Origin: Candidatus Gottesmanbacteria bacterium | Lineage (GTDB): Bacteria > Patescibacteriota > Microgenomatia > UBA10105 > UBA927 | Length of the DNA stretch: 64,000 nt | Direction of reading: 5' to 3' | NCBI GenBank assembly: GCA_030679255.1 | Contig: JAUXTO010000013.1 | Location: 190,189-254,188, forward strand | Shown here: positions 28,489-37,554 of the stretch, piece after piece | Numbering within the stretch: position 1 is the first letter of the stretch | How the letters are laid out: each line of letters begins with the position of its first letter | Translations under genes and position numbers: made by a program | The notes under the pieces: model-generated | What the model was told of the DNA's origin: nothing | Seen by the model: only the letters and a program-made list of their open reading frames with translations | Database searches by the model: none

Positions 28489-29367
28489 TCAAGATCTCTT
28501 ACGTCTCTCCCACCGATCCCAAAGAAGTAATATCGGGGTTGCAACAAACGGCGACGAGTACGTACCGGAAATTGTCCCCACCAAAAGCGCTACAACAAAC
28601 CACCGCACCGTTTCCCCACCCATAAGGATGAGCGCCAATAACATGAATATGATCGTAAACGAATTGGTGAGAGATCGCCCCATAGTCTCGGTGAGCGCCC
28701 GGTCAGCAAGCTCGTCAAACTTACTCTTGTCATCGCGCCTACGGTATTCCCGTATACGGTCAAATACGACGATCGTATCATGGACCGAAAAACTCATCGT
28801 CGTTAAAAATGCCGTGACAAACAGTGTATCTACCTCAATTCCCCACCATACACCAAGAAGCGAAAACACACTTAACACGACAAGGAGATCGTGAATAAGG
28901 GCTACAATTGCTGACGCACCAAATTTAATATTTTTGAACGCATAGGCGACATAAGCAAAAATACACAATATCGCCAAGATTGCCGCGGCAAACGCTTTAA
29001 CCAGAAGCTCGCTCCCCAATACCGGTCCCACGGTCTCATTACGCAGTATTGTGGCGGCACTACTGGCCTGAGCCTCAACGTTTCGCTCAAAACCCGAAAC
29101 TTTTTCACTTCCCTCGGGTTTGATACGGAGAAGAAATGTGTTATTTCCGGACTGTTGAAAGCTCGCGACAGACATTCCTTGATTTTGGGCAACATTTGCA
29201 AGAATACTCGGAGCAACTGGCTTGTCAAATGATAGCTCCAGAAGAGTACCACCCGTAAAATCGATCGAAGGCTGCAGGCCAAACCGGACAAGCGAATATA
29301 TACCCGGTACGAGTATAAGGCCGGAAATAAAAGCATAAAGCCAGAGATATTTGCTAAATCGAATCAT
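28489..29367 (-). CDS. secF: protein translocase subunit SecF
   Basis: SecD/SecF family membrane domain, adjacent to secD with 4-bp overlap. Confidence 0.85.
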   Translation of the reverse strand: MIRFSKYLWLYAFISGLILVPGIYSLVRFGLQPSIDFTGGTLLELSFDKPVAPSILANVAQNQGMSVASFQQSGNNTFLLRIKPEGSEKVSGFERNVEAQASSAATILRNETVGPVLGSELLVKAFAAAILAILCIFAYVAYAFKNIKFGASAIVALIHDLLVVLSVFSLLGVWWGIEVDTLFVTAFLTTMSFSVHDTIVVFDRIREYRRRDDKSKFDELADRALTETMGRSLTNSFTIIFMLLALILMGGETVRWFVVALLVGTISGTYSSPFVATPILLLWDRWERRKRS

Positions 29368-30740
29368 ATTTTTCCTTTTTCCTTTTCTCTATACAGCACT
29401 CTTACAAAAGTCCTTGTCACAATGATACCGGTAAACAGACCAACGATCACACCCAAAAATAACGTGAGCGCAAAACCCCTCACCATGCCGGACATGGGCA
29501 AAAACTGCCAATTACCGGGATTATAGAGGATGATGGCCGTCAAAATAGTCGTGACATTGGCGTCCCGTATACTATCCCACGCCCGCCCAAATGCCTGTTC
29601 CATAGCGATGCCCGATGGTTTTCCACGGCGTCGCTCCTCTTTGTACCGCTCAAAGATTAGGATATTACTATCTACCGCCATACCAATAGACAATATAAAT
29701 CCGGCAACACCGGGAAGCGTAAGCGTCACCGGAATCAAGCGAAACAACGCAAACGTCATGAGTCCATAAACGACGAGAGCCATATCTGCTAACAAACCAA
29801 GTTTCCCGTATTGAGCGATCATAAAAATTGCCACAATCGTAAGGCCAATAATCCCAGCTCTCACGCTCTTGGCAACCGATGCCGCGCCCAAGCTTGCCCC
29901 GATCGTCCGCTTCTCTACGACGCTAACGGGAACCGGAAGCGCACCGGCGGCAAGTTGCAATGATAAATTTTTTGCCTGCTCAACGCTAAACCCTCCGGTA
30001 ATGACTGCCCGTCCGTCGGTAATAGCTGTACTCACCCTCGGCCAAGTAAGCGGTTGGTCATCAAGAAATATAATAAGATGTTTATTTACTAATCGAGCCG
30101 TCTCAGAAGCAAACTTTGTGGCCCCGTCGCCACTAAACTCGAGTGCTACCTGGGGAGCCCCGGTGTCACTGCTAAAATCGAGATTTGCACTTTTCAGATC
30201 CTTACCGGTAATATTCACCGATGCGGTATTGGTAAGATTCGGAAAAACATTGGCGGCGCCTGTGGCAGCGGCGACATCACGAAACTCACGGAACTCAAGA
30301 CTTGCTGTTTGCCCGATGAGAGCAACAGCCGCCTCAACATCGGTAACGCCCGGAAGTTCGACGATCACGCGATATGCATCTGATGTTTTAGCTGTCTGCA
30401 CGACCGGTTCACTGACCCCAAAAAAATTAACCCTCCGGTCAATCACCTGGCGGGAAGATTCCAACGCATCATCGCGCTGTGCGGGCGGAATACTCTTCAT
30501 GTCAGCGTTCAGTACGATGTGCGTACCACCGGAGAGATCCAGTCCTAAACGTGTTTTGAATTGTTTTTGAATACGGAATTTCCCGGTATTTATGTTGATC
30601 TCCGGAGGATTAACCGTCACATCAATTTTTTTACCAAACAACGTTTGCTGAATCCTATAATTTTCCGGAAGATCGACTGCGGCAAGAATAATCGTGAGTA
30701 TCACGATGAACAAAAAAACCCTATGAGGATTTTGAAACAT
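29364..30740 (-). CDS. secD: protein translocase subunit SecD
   Basis: LGLDLSGG motif, SecD periplasmic and 6-TM domains. Confidence 0.85.
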   Translation of the reverse strand: MFQNPHRVFLFIVILTIILAAVDLPENYRIQQTLFGKKIDVTVNPPEININTGKFRIQKQFKTRLGLDLSGGTHIVLNADMKSIPPAQRDDALESSRQVIDRRVNFFGVSEPVVQTAKTSDAYRVIVELPGVTDVEAAVALIGQTASLEFREFRDVAAATGAANVFPNLTNTASVNITGKDLKSANLDFSSDTGAPQVALEFSGDGATKFASETARLVNKHLIIFLDDQPLTWPRVSTAITDGRAVITGGFSVEQAKNLSLQLAAGALPVPVSVVEKRTIGASLGAASVAKSVRAGIIGLTIVAIFMIAQYGKLGLLADMALVVYGLMTFALFRLIPVTLTLPGVAGFILSIGMAVDSNILIFERYKEERRRGKPSGIAMEQAFGRAWDSIRDANVTTILTAIILYNPGNWQFLPMSGMVRGFALTLFLGVIVGLFTGIIVTRTFVRVLYREKEKGKI

Positions 30741-30905
30741 GCCAGGTAGTGAAAATTCGACTTATATATAAGCTAACGACACATAACTCATCACTTGAAA
30801 CTTAGATATCCATCTATGCCAGAAGTATTACTTTGTTACGCTTGCAAAAGGCAAGCGTGTCGAATTTCTACAACCTGGCATGATGAGTATTGTAGCACGC
30901 GGGGA

Positions 30906-31499
30906 TTATAGTCCGTCAACGAGTTCCTCGACGTCCCCGACGATCATGACGCGCGATCCGGTAAGAATGCCGATTACGAACGGATCCCGCCGGCGCTTAC
31001 GGAAAAGAAATTCCTCTTCCGTCATCACGGTATAGTTAAGCTCCCTCCCACGTTTCGTTTCCTCAAGCTTGACAAGCTGGGCAAGCTCAGGGAGAACAAC
31101 CGTGCCCACCACTAAAAGGTCTACATCTGAAGGTCCTTTTTTGGGTAATGCGCGGAGAAACCTTCCTGAAAGCATGACAAATTTCAGTTTACCGAGTTTC
31201 GGCCGATGCTTGAGAATATCCCATCCAAGTCCACTTGTCTTTCCGATCAATTCGATAAGCTCAAAATATAAGGGGTAATCTTTACGGAACATGTAAAAAA
31301 GCCTGTTTGCCCGGGCTTCTTTGCTCACCATACCGGCTTTTTCCATGTGTGCAAGCTCACGTCGAACCGCATTGATTTCTTCATCTACTCTGCGCACGAT
31401 ATCCCGGACATGAAAAATAGTTCCGGGGTGAGAGAGAAACAGGGACAACATCTTCACCCTCACTTTGGAGATAATTAAATCTTCTAATATCATAATCAC
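30906..31499 (-). CDS. winged-helix regulator fused to minimal nucleotidyltransferase (MNT) domain
   Basis: N-terminal wHTH; GRFLRALPKKGPSDVDLLVVG matches GSx(n)SDxDLLV MNT signature. Confidence 0.55.
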   Translation of the reverse strand: MIMILEDLIISKVRVKMLSLFLSHPGTIFHVRDIVRRVDEEINAVRRELAHMEKAGMVSKEARANRLFYMFRKDYPLYFELIELIGKTSGLGWDILKHRPKLGKLKFVMLSGRFLRALPKKGPSDVDLLVVGTVVLPELAQLVKLEETKRGRELNYTVMTEEEFLFRKRRRDPFVIGILTGSRVMIVGDVEELVDGL

Positions 31500-31531
31500 T
31501 CCCTTCAGGGGCAGAAGAGGAATCGTAATAA

Positions 31532-32710
31532 TTATTTCTTAATCGGTGTTCCGATGGGCAGCATTTCTATCCAAATTTGGCCACGGTTGAGAGAAACTTC
31601 TTTTCCTCCGGCATCATAAAATTTCATCCGGGCGTTACGGGTGGGCTTTTTCCAGGTAATCAGCGTTTCCTTCCCGTCCTGCCAGACAAACCCGGTACCC
31701 GACCCGACGTTTTCATAGAGAAGATGCATGTGTTCGTCAACCGGTCCGGTTTCTTTAGCAAATTGAATAATGATTACTTTTGCCGTCAATTGCTGTTTCG
31801 TCTCGAGATCCGTATGGGCCACTCCGCCGTTGAAACGCTTATAGGTATTTGTCGTCGCGTCCCAATCCCACCGTACGCCGTACTCCTTTTCATATCCCTT
31901 CCATGCGACAAAACTCGCGGAAAATGATGCACCACGTTCTCCCTCTTTGGCATCATCTTTAAACTTCCACTGCTCAAACGATTTGTCCCACGACATTCCT
32001 TTGGTATCCACGTTGGTCCAGCCGCGTTCTGCTGCCAGCTTGTACAACTTATCCGTAAAACACACCATCGTATGCTCCGTGGCCACCGGATGATCCAGAC
32101 GGTCATAATTTCTGTAACACGTCGGAAAAGAAATACCAAACTGATCCATATCTTTCACTTTCCAATTTTCTATCTGACAAAGCGCTTTTGCCCGATCATC
32201 GACCGTCGGGTCTTCACATCGACCTGCTCCTCCAACATGATTATAGAGAGCGTCGTACTCCAGCACCCACGGAAGAAAATAAATCCGGGCACTTCGGACT
32301 GGTGCAAGCGTCACCGGAGCGGCAGCTGCCCCACAATAAAAGACACCCATGAAACGGGAAATACCTCCCTCGGCTATAGTTTCATACACGACATCAGCAG
32401 AAGAAAGACCGGACTGGGGACGGCTTTCTGCGTGATTTTCGATCATGACAGCGAGGGGTCGGCGCTTCTCCCAAGTCTCCCGTTCTGGTTTCGTAAAATA
32501 CACACCATTAGTCGGGCATAACTCTGATTTCGGAAGGCTGGGATCAACAGTAAAATGATCCTGCGGTCCTTTTTGTGCCGTTCCTTTTACTTCTGTTGGT
32601 GCCTGACCACGGCTTGCCAATACCGAAAAAACGCCAAACGAGAGACCGGTCGCGATCAGATAGAGCGCAAGACCGACGATACTCATGACTAAATATTGTT
32701 GTTTCTTCAT
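31532..32710 (-). CDS. DUF3048 (YerB-like) lipoprotein
   Basis: signal/TM, AVMIENHAESRPQSGLSSADVVYETIAEGGISRFMGVFY block typical of DUF3048. Confidence 0.6.
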   Translation of the reverse strand: MKKQQYLVMSIVGLALYLIATGLSFGVFSVLASRGQAPTEVKGTAQKGPQDHFTVDPSLPKSELCPTNGVYFTKPERETWEKRRPLAVMIENHAESRPQSGLSSADVVYETIAEGGISRFMGVFYCGAAAAPVTLAPVRSARIYFLPWVLEYDALYNHVGGAGRCEDPTVDDRAKALCQIENWKVKDMDQFGISFPTCYRNYDRLDHPVATEHTMVCFTDKLYKLAAERGWTNVDTKGMSWDKSFEQWKFKDDAKEGERGASFSASFVAWKGYEKEYGVRWDWDATTNTYKRFNGGVAHTDLETKQQLTAKVIIIQFAKETGPVDEHMHLLYENVGSGTGFVWQDGKETLITWKKPTRNARMKFYDAGGKEVSLNRGQIWIEMLPIGTPIKK

Positions 32711-33177
32711 TGCTCTCCTACCGCCTGCCTGATTGCAGACATTTCCTCTTTCGATAATTCAATATTTTTTCCTTTTCCGTTATCAATCTGTTTTACGTAC
32801 CAACGGTTTCCACTTCGGGCGTAAAGCGAAGTCATGACGACGCCATCATGCTTACCGTCGAGTATTGCCATCGTAAAACTTTGTGCGCCTCCAGTATCGG
32901 AAAACGGATTAAACCGTACCACGCCAATGCGTTGTACATGTCCTCTCCCCTCCGTCTCCAGAAGACGCACCGCTTCATCTGTCTGAGCAGTCCGTATTTT
33001 CAAATCCCGGATCTCACTCAATAGTTCATTGAGCACCTGGCTCAAAGTTGCGGTGTTCACTCCTCCTGTTAAACGATTGTAATGAACTTGGAGCTTCCAG
33101 ACAATATATGTTAACGCGCAAAACCCAAGTATTAAAAGCACTAATAAACCGATAATTAAATGAGTGTTGAACACCAT
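32707..33177 (-). CDS. DUF4446 family protein
   Basis: N-terminal TM; VRFNPFSDTGGAQSFTMAILDGKHDGVVMTSLY block; canonical pairing with DUF3048. Confidence 0.55.
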   Translation of the reverse strand: MVFNTHLIIGLLVLLILGFCALTYIVWKLQVHYNRLTGGVNTATLSQVLNELLSEIRDLKIRTAQTDEAVRLLETEGRGHVQRIGVVRFNPFSDTGGAQSFTMAILDGKHDGVVMTSLYARSGNRWYVKQIDNGKGKNIELSKEEMSAIRQAVGEQ

Positions 33178-33321
33178 CAGTATTCATTATCTTACGATTA
33201 CTCACAAAGCATTGTCAATCATGAATTGACAAGATCAAGTTGACAAAGATACTTCTGCCGTGTTACGCTCTTCTCCACTTGAGGCTAAATAGCTTCATCA
33301 AAAAAAATTATTTTCTCGGCT

Positions 33322-33615
33322 ATGCCAAAGAAAACTAAAAAGGAAAAAATCATCGCTCAATACCGCAGAAAACTCCAACAAATTCATGAGACAGCGCTCC
33401 CTATTGCTGAGCGCATTAGCCAATCACAGAACGCCAAACAAACAACGCCGTCAACACCCTTTGTCTTTCAGGCAACAACGAATGTCACTCATGCCACTCC
33501 CACACAAATACTACCCATGGACCAGGCAATACGCAGGGGTCTGGTAAAAACTCTCATCCTAGCAAGCATGGCAATTGGCGCAGAAGTGGCGTTGTCGGTA
33601 TTTTTTAGAAAATAA
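33322..33615 (+). CDS. small hypothetical protein with C-terminal TM
   Basis: ORF only. Confidence 0.3.
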   Translation: MPKKTKKEKIIAQYRRKLQQIHETALPIAERISQSQNAKQTTPSTPFVFQATTNVTHATPTQILPMDQAIRRGLVKTLILASMAIGAEVALSVFFRK

Positions 33616-33810
33616 AATATTTTATTTACGCTTGCCCGCCGCAACTTTGAGTATTATTAAAAACTTACGGAGGATCCTCCCGATCTTTCCATTCGCCTTA
33701 CCTACTATTCGTAGCGCGGCTCATGGAGCGATCTTGGGAGGACGTAAGAAACAGTAATCCTCACAAATATAGTTCGGAAACTGTTTCTAACGAAGGAGGT
33801 GAAATAAATT

Positions 33811-33954
33811 ATGGCAAGCATGTATTGTGTAAAATGTCGCGCAAAGAGAGAAGACCCAAGTGCCGTCAAAGTGACAATGAAAAACGGAAAACCGGCAATG
33901 AAAGGGAAATGTCCAACGTGTGGAACCGGAATGTACAAAATCGGAGCCGCATAA
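33811..33954 (+). CDS. DUF5679-type small zinc-ribbon protein (47 aa)
   Basis: MASMYCVKCRAKRED...KGKCPTCGTGMYKIG; GGAGGTG SD 8 nt upstream; not in ORF track (<60 aa). Confidence 0.6.
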   Translation: MASMYCVKCRAKREDPSAVKVTMKNGKPAMKGKCPTCGTGMYKIGAA

Positions 33955-33972
33955 TATTTTAGAACTATAAAG

Positions 33973-34007
33973 AAACTCCGTCTTTATGACGGGGTTTCTT
34001 TGTTTTT
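33973..34007 (+). terminator. Rho-independent terminator (CTCCGTC-tttat-GACGGGG, T-run)
   Basis: hairpin plus TTTCTTTGTTTTT. Confidence 0.55.
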
Positions 34008-34020
34008 CAGGTGTCTTTTC

Positions 34021-35553
34021 TTATGAAACGTCTTCACGCACCCGGTTTTGTAACGCTTCTGCAACATGGGTCTTTGTCATGATCTCATCCCCAAAAATAT
34101 CAGCAATAGTCCGGGCAACCTTAATAATACGATAGTAGCTCCGTGCGGAAAGCCCAAGCTCTCCTACGGCGCTGCGCATAAAAACCTGCACATCAGTGGT
34201 AAGCGGACAAAGCTCTTTAACCATTTTATTGGACATCTCTGCGTTTGAGGTAATCGAGAATTTACTCAGTCGTTTTATTTGCCGATTCCGTGCACCCTGC
34301 ACGCGTGCGCGGATGATTATTGATGACTCCGCCTTCATCCCATCATCGAATGTCAGTTTCTCGACTTTCACTGCCGGAACTGGCATGACGAGATCGATCC
34401 GGTCAATAATCGGTCCGGATATTCGCTTCTCGTAGCGGCTTACGAGCCCAGGCAAGCAGGTACACCGTTTGGTTTGGCTTCCATGATTGCCACACGGACA
34501 GGGATTGGCTGCTCCTACGAGCATAAACTTGGCCGGGTATTGAACTGTGCCGGCTGCCCGAGAAATCGTGACTATACCATCTTCCATGGGTTGCCTGAGG
34601 GCTTCTAATACATGACGGGGAAACTCCGGAAACTCATCCAAAAAAAGTACGCCGCGATGAGCAAGCGATATCTCACCCGGCATGGGATGGGCGCCTCCGC
34701 CGATAAGTCCAATACGGGATGTAGTATGGTGGGGGGCGCGGAAAGGCCTGGATTTAAAAATCGAGGTGCCTAACGGAAGATTTCCGGTAACGGAATATAT
34801 TTTTGTCACGGCAAGCGCTTCTTCTTGAGTCATCGCCGGAAGAATGGAGGGGAGCGTACGGGCAAGAAGTGTCTTTCCCGCTCCGGGCGGTCCTTGCATA
34901 AACACATTATGTCCCCCCGCTGCAGCGATCTCCAATCCTCGTTTGACGTGTTCCTGACCATGAATCTCGCTCATATCAAATTCAAAATTCGTATCTTCCT
35001 GTAATGTATTAAAGGGAACGTACGGATGAGGTGCAATGGTCGTGAGTCCTCTAAGATGATGGGTAAGCGCACTTAAAGATCCGATAGGGTAAACATCGAT
35101 CCCGGCAATAACACTCGCTTCTTTGGCGTCGACTGCAGGCAAGAATAAAGCCGGACTTTTTTGCTCTTTGGCAAGAAATGCGATAGAAAGGACCCCATTT
35201 GTATGCCGGAGACTTCCATCGAGCGAAAGTTCACCGATGCATACGGTGTCTTCCGCGATGACGGGAAGCTGTTCTGATGCAATGAGAATTCCGATGGCAA
35301 TCGGGAGATCATAGGCCGGACCGACTTTGGGCAAATCTGCGGGGGCAAGATTAACGGTAATCCTTTTTGCCGGAAACTCCGCACCACTATTTTTTATAGC
35401 GCTCCGTACCCGCTCGCGGCTTTCTTCGACTGCTTTATCCGGAAGACCCACTATGGTAAATGAAGGAAGACCCTGGGAAGCTATATCAACTTCTACTACA
35501 ATCGGAACAGCATCAAGGCCAACGACCGCGCCGGATAGAACCTTTGCGAGCAT
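34021..35553 (-). CDS. comM: YifB/ComM family Mg-chelatase-like AAA+ ATPase
   Basis: N-terminal Lon-like domain, Walker A GPPGAGKT, C-terminal ChlI domain. Confidence 0.85.
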   Translation of the reverse strand: MLAKVLSGAVVGLDAVPIVVEVDIASQGLPSFTIVGLPDKAVEESRERVRSAIKNSGAEFPAKRITVNLAPADLPKVGPAYDLPIAIGILIASEQLPVIAEDTVCIGELSLDGSLRHTNGVLSIAFLAKEQKSPALFLPAVDAKEASVIAGIDVYPIGSLSALTHHLRGLTTIAPHPYVPFNTLQEDTNFEFDMSEIHGQEHVKRGLEIAAAGGHNVFMQGPPGAGKTLLARTLPSILPAMTQEEALAVTKIYSVTGNLPLGTSIFKSRPFRAPHHTTSRIGLIGGGAHPMPGEISLAHRGVLFLDEFPEFPRHVLEALRQPMEDGIVTISRAAGTVQYPAKFMLVGAANPCPCGNHGSQTKRCTCLPGLVSRYEKRISGPIIDRIDLVMPVPAVKVEKLTFDDGMKAESSIIIRARVQGARNRQIKRLSKFSITSNAEMSNKMVKELCPLTTDVQVFMRSAVGELGLSARSYYRIIKVARTIADIFGDEIMTKTHVAEALQNRVREDVS

Positions 35554-35572
35554 AATGAATTATTGTGGGAAA

Positions 35573-36010
35573 TTACCAATCGCGGCCACCGGAGTTATCT
35601 CCGCCACGGTATCCACCTCGGTCTCCACCGCGGTGTCCACCTCCACCACCACCGCCGTATCCACCTCTATTTCCGCCGCCGCCTCCTCCACCGCCGCGGT
35701 ACCCACCGCTTGAACCACCGCCCCGATATCCACCGCCTCCACCGCCGCCGCCAGTACGTGGCTCCATGGGTCGGGCTTCATTAACGATCACTGGCCGTCC
35801 ATCAAGTTGTTTCCCGTTCCAAAGCTCAATAGCTTTATTGGCTTCTTCTTGACTCGCCATTTCCACAAATCCAAATCCTTTGGATCGCCCCGTCATCCGG
35901 TCGATGATGACTTTGGCAGATACGACCGATCCAGCTTGAGCAAACGCATCAGCAAGGGATTGGTCCGTAACATTATATGATAAACTTCCTACAAATAATT
36001 TATTTGCCAT
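35573..36010 (-). CDS. RRM-type RNA-binding protein with Gly/Arg-rich tail
   Basis: KLFVGSL RNP2 and KGFGFVEM RNP1; GGYRGG repeats. Confidence 0.75.
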   Translation of the reverse strand: MANKLFVGSLSYNVTDQSLADAFAQAGSVVSAKVIIDRMTGRSKGFGFVEMASQEEANKAIELWNGKQLDGRPVIVNEARPMEPRTGGGGGGGGYRGGGSSGGYRGGGGGGGGNRGGYGGGGGGGHRGGDRGGYRGGDNSGGRDW

Positions 36011-36101
36011 AACACTCCTTTATATATGCGGAACTACATCGTTCCTTCCTTACCCAGTAGGATACCAGATACCAGCCCTAACAGAAAGAGGCAGATTATT
36101 G

Positions 36102-37094
36102 TCACTCAATAAGCCGCAACAAGCCCTCCCCGGTACGCCTTCCGGCCCGGAGTCTTGGCATATGAAACAAGCGGCTTTTGTACTGGTATGTGCCCGGCAT
36201 GGTAGTCGCAGCACCCACATACCCCGCATCCCTGACCGCCAAAACCACACGCTCATCAAACGAGCCATAGGGATAGGCCATCCAATTGATGGGATATGGC
36301 GCATGCTGCTGCAAAATTTTTTTGCTTTCTTCAAGTTCATTTTTAAGAATCGCCGTATTGGACTTTGTCAAAACATAATGATGCATGGAATGTGCTGCAA
36401 CGACGACAAAAGGTGATCGGGCAATTTCCTCTACCTGACTCCACGTCATGTACGCTCCCCCACCAATAAGTCCGGTCGAAATAAATGCAACTCCCTTCAT
36501 ACCGGCACCAGCAAGAATCGGGTATGCATTGAAATAAAAATCGCTATACCCGTCATCAAATGTCAGAATAACCGGCTTGGAAGGGAGTGACGATGTTCCA
36601 TCAAAAAATGCGGCGAGCTCATCGAAGGTGACTGTCGTATATCCGGCGCTCTTGAGCGTGTCAAGCTGACTCTTAAAAATTGACGGTGGGGTTGAGAGGC
36701 CATCCCTCGCTTTATCATCTTTGTTCGGATTATCACTTATATAATGATACAGGAGTATGGGCACCCGGACGCTCCGTTCATTGGGCGCTATCGGTGGTAA
36801 TACTATCCCGGGCGTTGGAGACGGGATAATGGCAGACGATTGAGTGGCGGTTTGTTCTATTTGAGCAGATGCGGTAGCTGTGGTTTGTTCGATCTTTGAG
36901 ATAGTTGTTATCTCATCGGGTTTGACTAAAATAGTCTTTATTGAATTTCGATATACAAACCCGCCAACAACTATCACGAAACTAACACCGATCATCCCCA
37001 CGATCATGGCAACATTGTTCTTCACCCCCTCATTGTACGGGTGTACCCCAGTCTCATACAAGATAGATACTTCATGGTATAATATAGAATGCAC
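36102..37094 (-). CDS. polysaccharide deacetylase (NodB homology domain), membrane anchored
   Basis: ILTFDDGYSD and HSMHHY motifs. Confidence 0.7.
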   Translation of the reverse strand: MHSILYHEVSILYETGVHPYNEGVKNNVAMIVGMIGVSFVIVVGGFVYRNSIKTILVKPDEITTISKIEQTTATASAQIEQTATQSSAIIPSPTPGIVLPPIAPNERSVRVPILLYHYISDNPNKDDKARDGLSTPPSIFKSQLDTLKSAGYTTVTFDELAAFFDGTSSLPSKPVILTFDDGYSDFYFNAYPILAGAGMKGVAFISTGLIGGGAYMTWSQVEEIARSPFVVVAAHSMHHYVLTKSNTAILKNELEESKKILQQHAPYPINWMAYPYGSFDERVVLAVRDAGYVGAATTMPGTYQYKSRLFHMPRLRAGRRTGEGLLRLIE

Positions 37095-37514
37095 ATTGGT
37101 ATCCGGACGCTCGAGGGGATGGAAGACGAAAGCCTTTAATATCCCTTAGGAAAGTCCAGACAGCAGAATGCAGGGGAAGGAGTGTAAGCTCCTTGTCCGT
37201 CAGCTGACGGACCAGGTGTCCCGGTGTCGAAAGGCAACGGGAACGAGTCCTGAATTGACAGGATGAGAGAGCCACAGAGACGATCATCAACCTTTAGCCT
37301 AACGGGCTTGGTCGATGGGTGAAACGATGGTAATCCCACCCGCTGCAACCGGCGAATACACCGCCACGACGACGCATTCCGGAACCTCGCGACCTGCGGG
37401 GTGCGGTGACAAGTTTACGGGCATCGCGTCAAACGCGATTTGCCACGTTTGACGTGGCACTAGAGAAATGAGCGACTAAAAACAGAATCTGGCTTATGAG
37501 ATGCCAGTGTGCAC
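37091..37514 (+). ncRNA. rnpB: RNase P RNA (bacterial type)
   Basis: GGAAAGTCCAGAC (P4 5' strand), GGTAATCCCACCCGCTGCAACCGGCGAATA (P10/11-12 junction), ACAGAATCTGGCTTATGAG (P4 3' strand); 13-bp P1 between 37091-37103 and 37500-37512; extended -10 TGgTATAAT at 37075-37083. Confidence 0.6.
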
Positions 37515-37516
37515 CT

Positions 37517-37547
37517 AAAAAAGATCCTCTCAACGAGGATCTTTTTT
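37517..37547 (+). terminator. bidirectional terminator AAAAAAGATCCTC-tcaac-GAGGATCTTTTTT
   Basis: perfect 10-bp stem flanked by A6 and T6; ends 7 nt before ABC-F ATG. Confidence 0.6.
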
Positions 37548-37554
37548 ACTTATT

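Noticed and set aside
35565-35852. Plus-strand ORF encoding a poly-proline protein (PPPPPPYPP...)
   Set aside because: It is the reverse complement of the Gly-rich tail of the RRM protein gene on the minus strand, whose RNP1/RNP2 motifs make it the real gene.
37072-37348. Two overlapping minus-strand ORFs of 70-72 aa
   Set aside because: They lie inside the RNase P RNA region; there is no SD and the composition is consistent with structured RNA.
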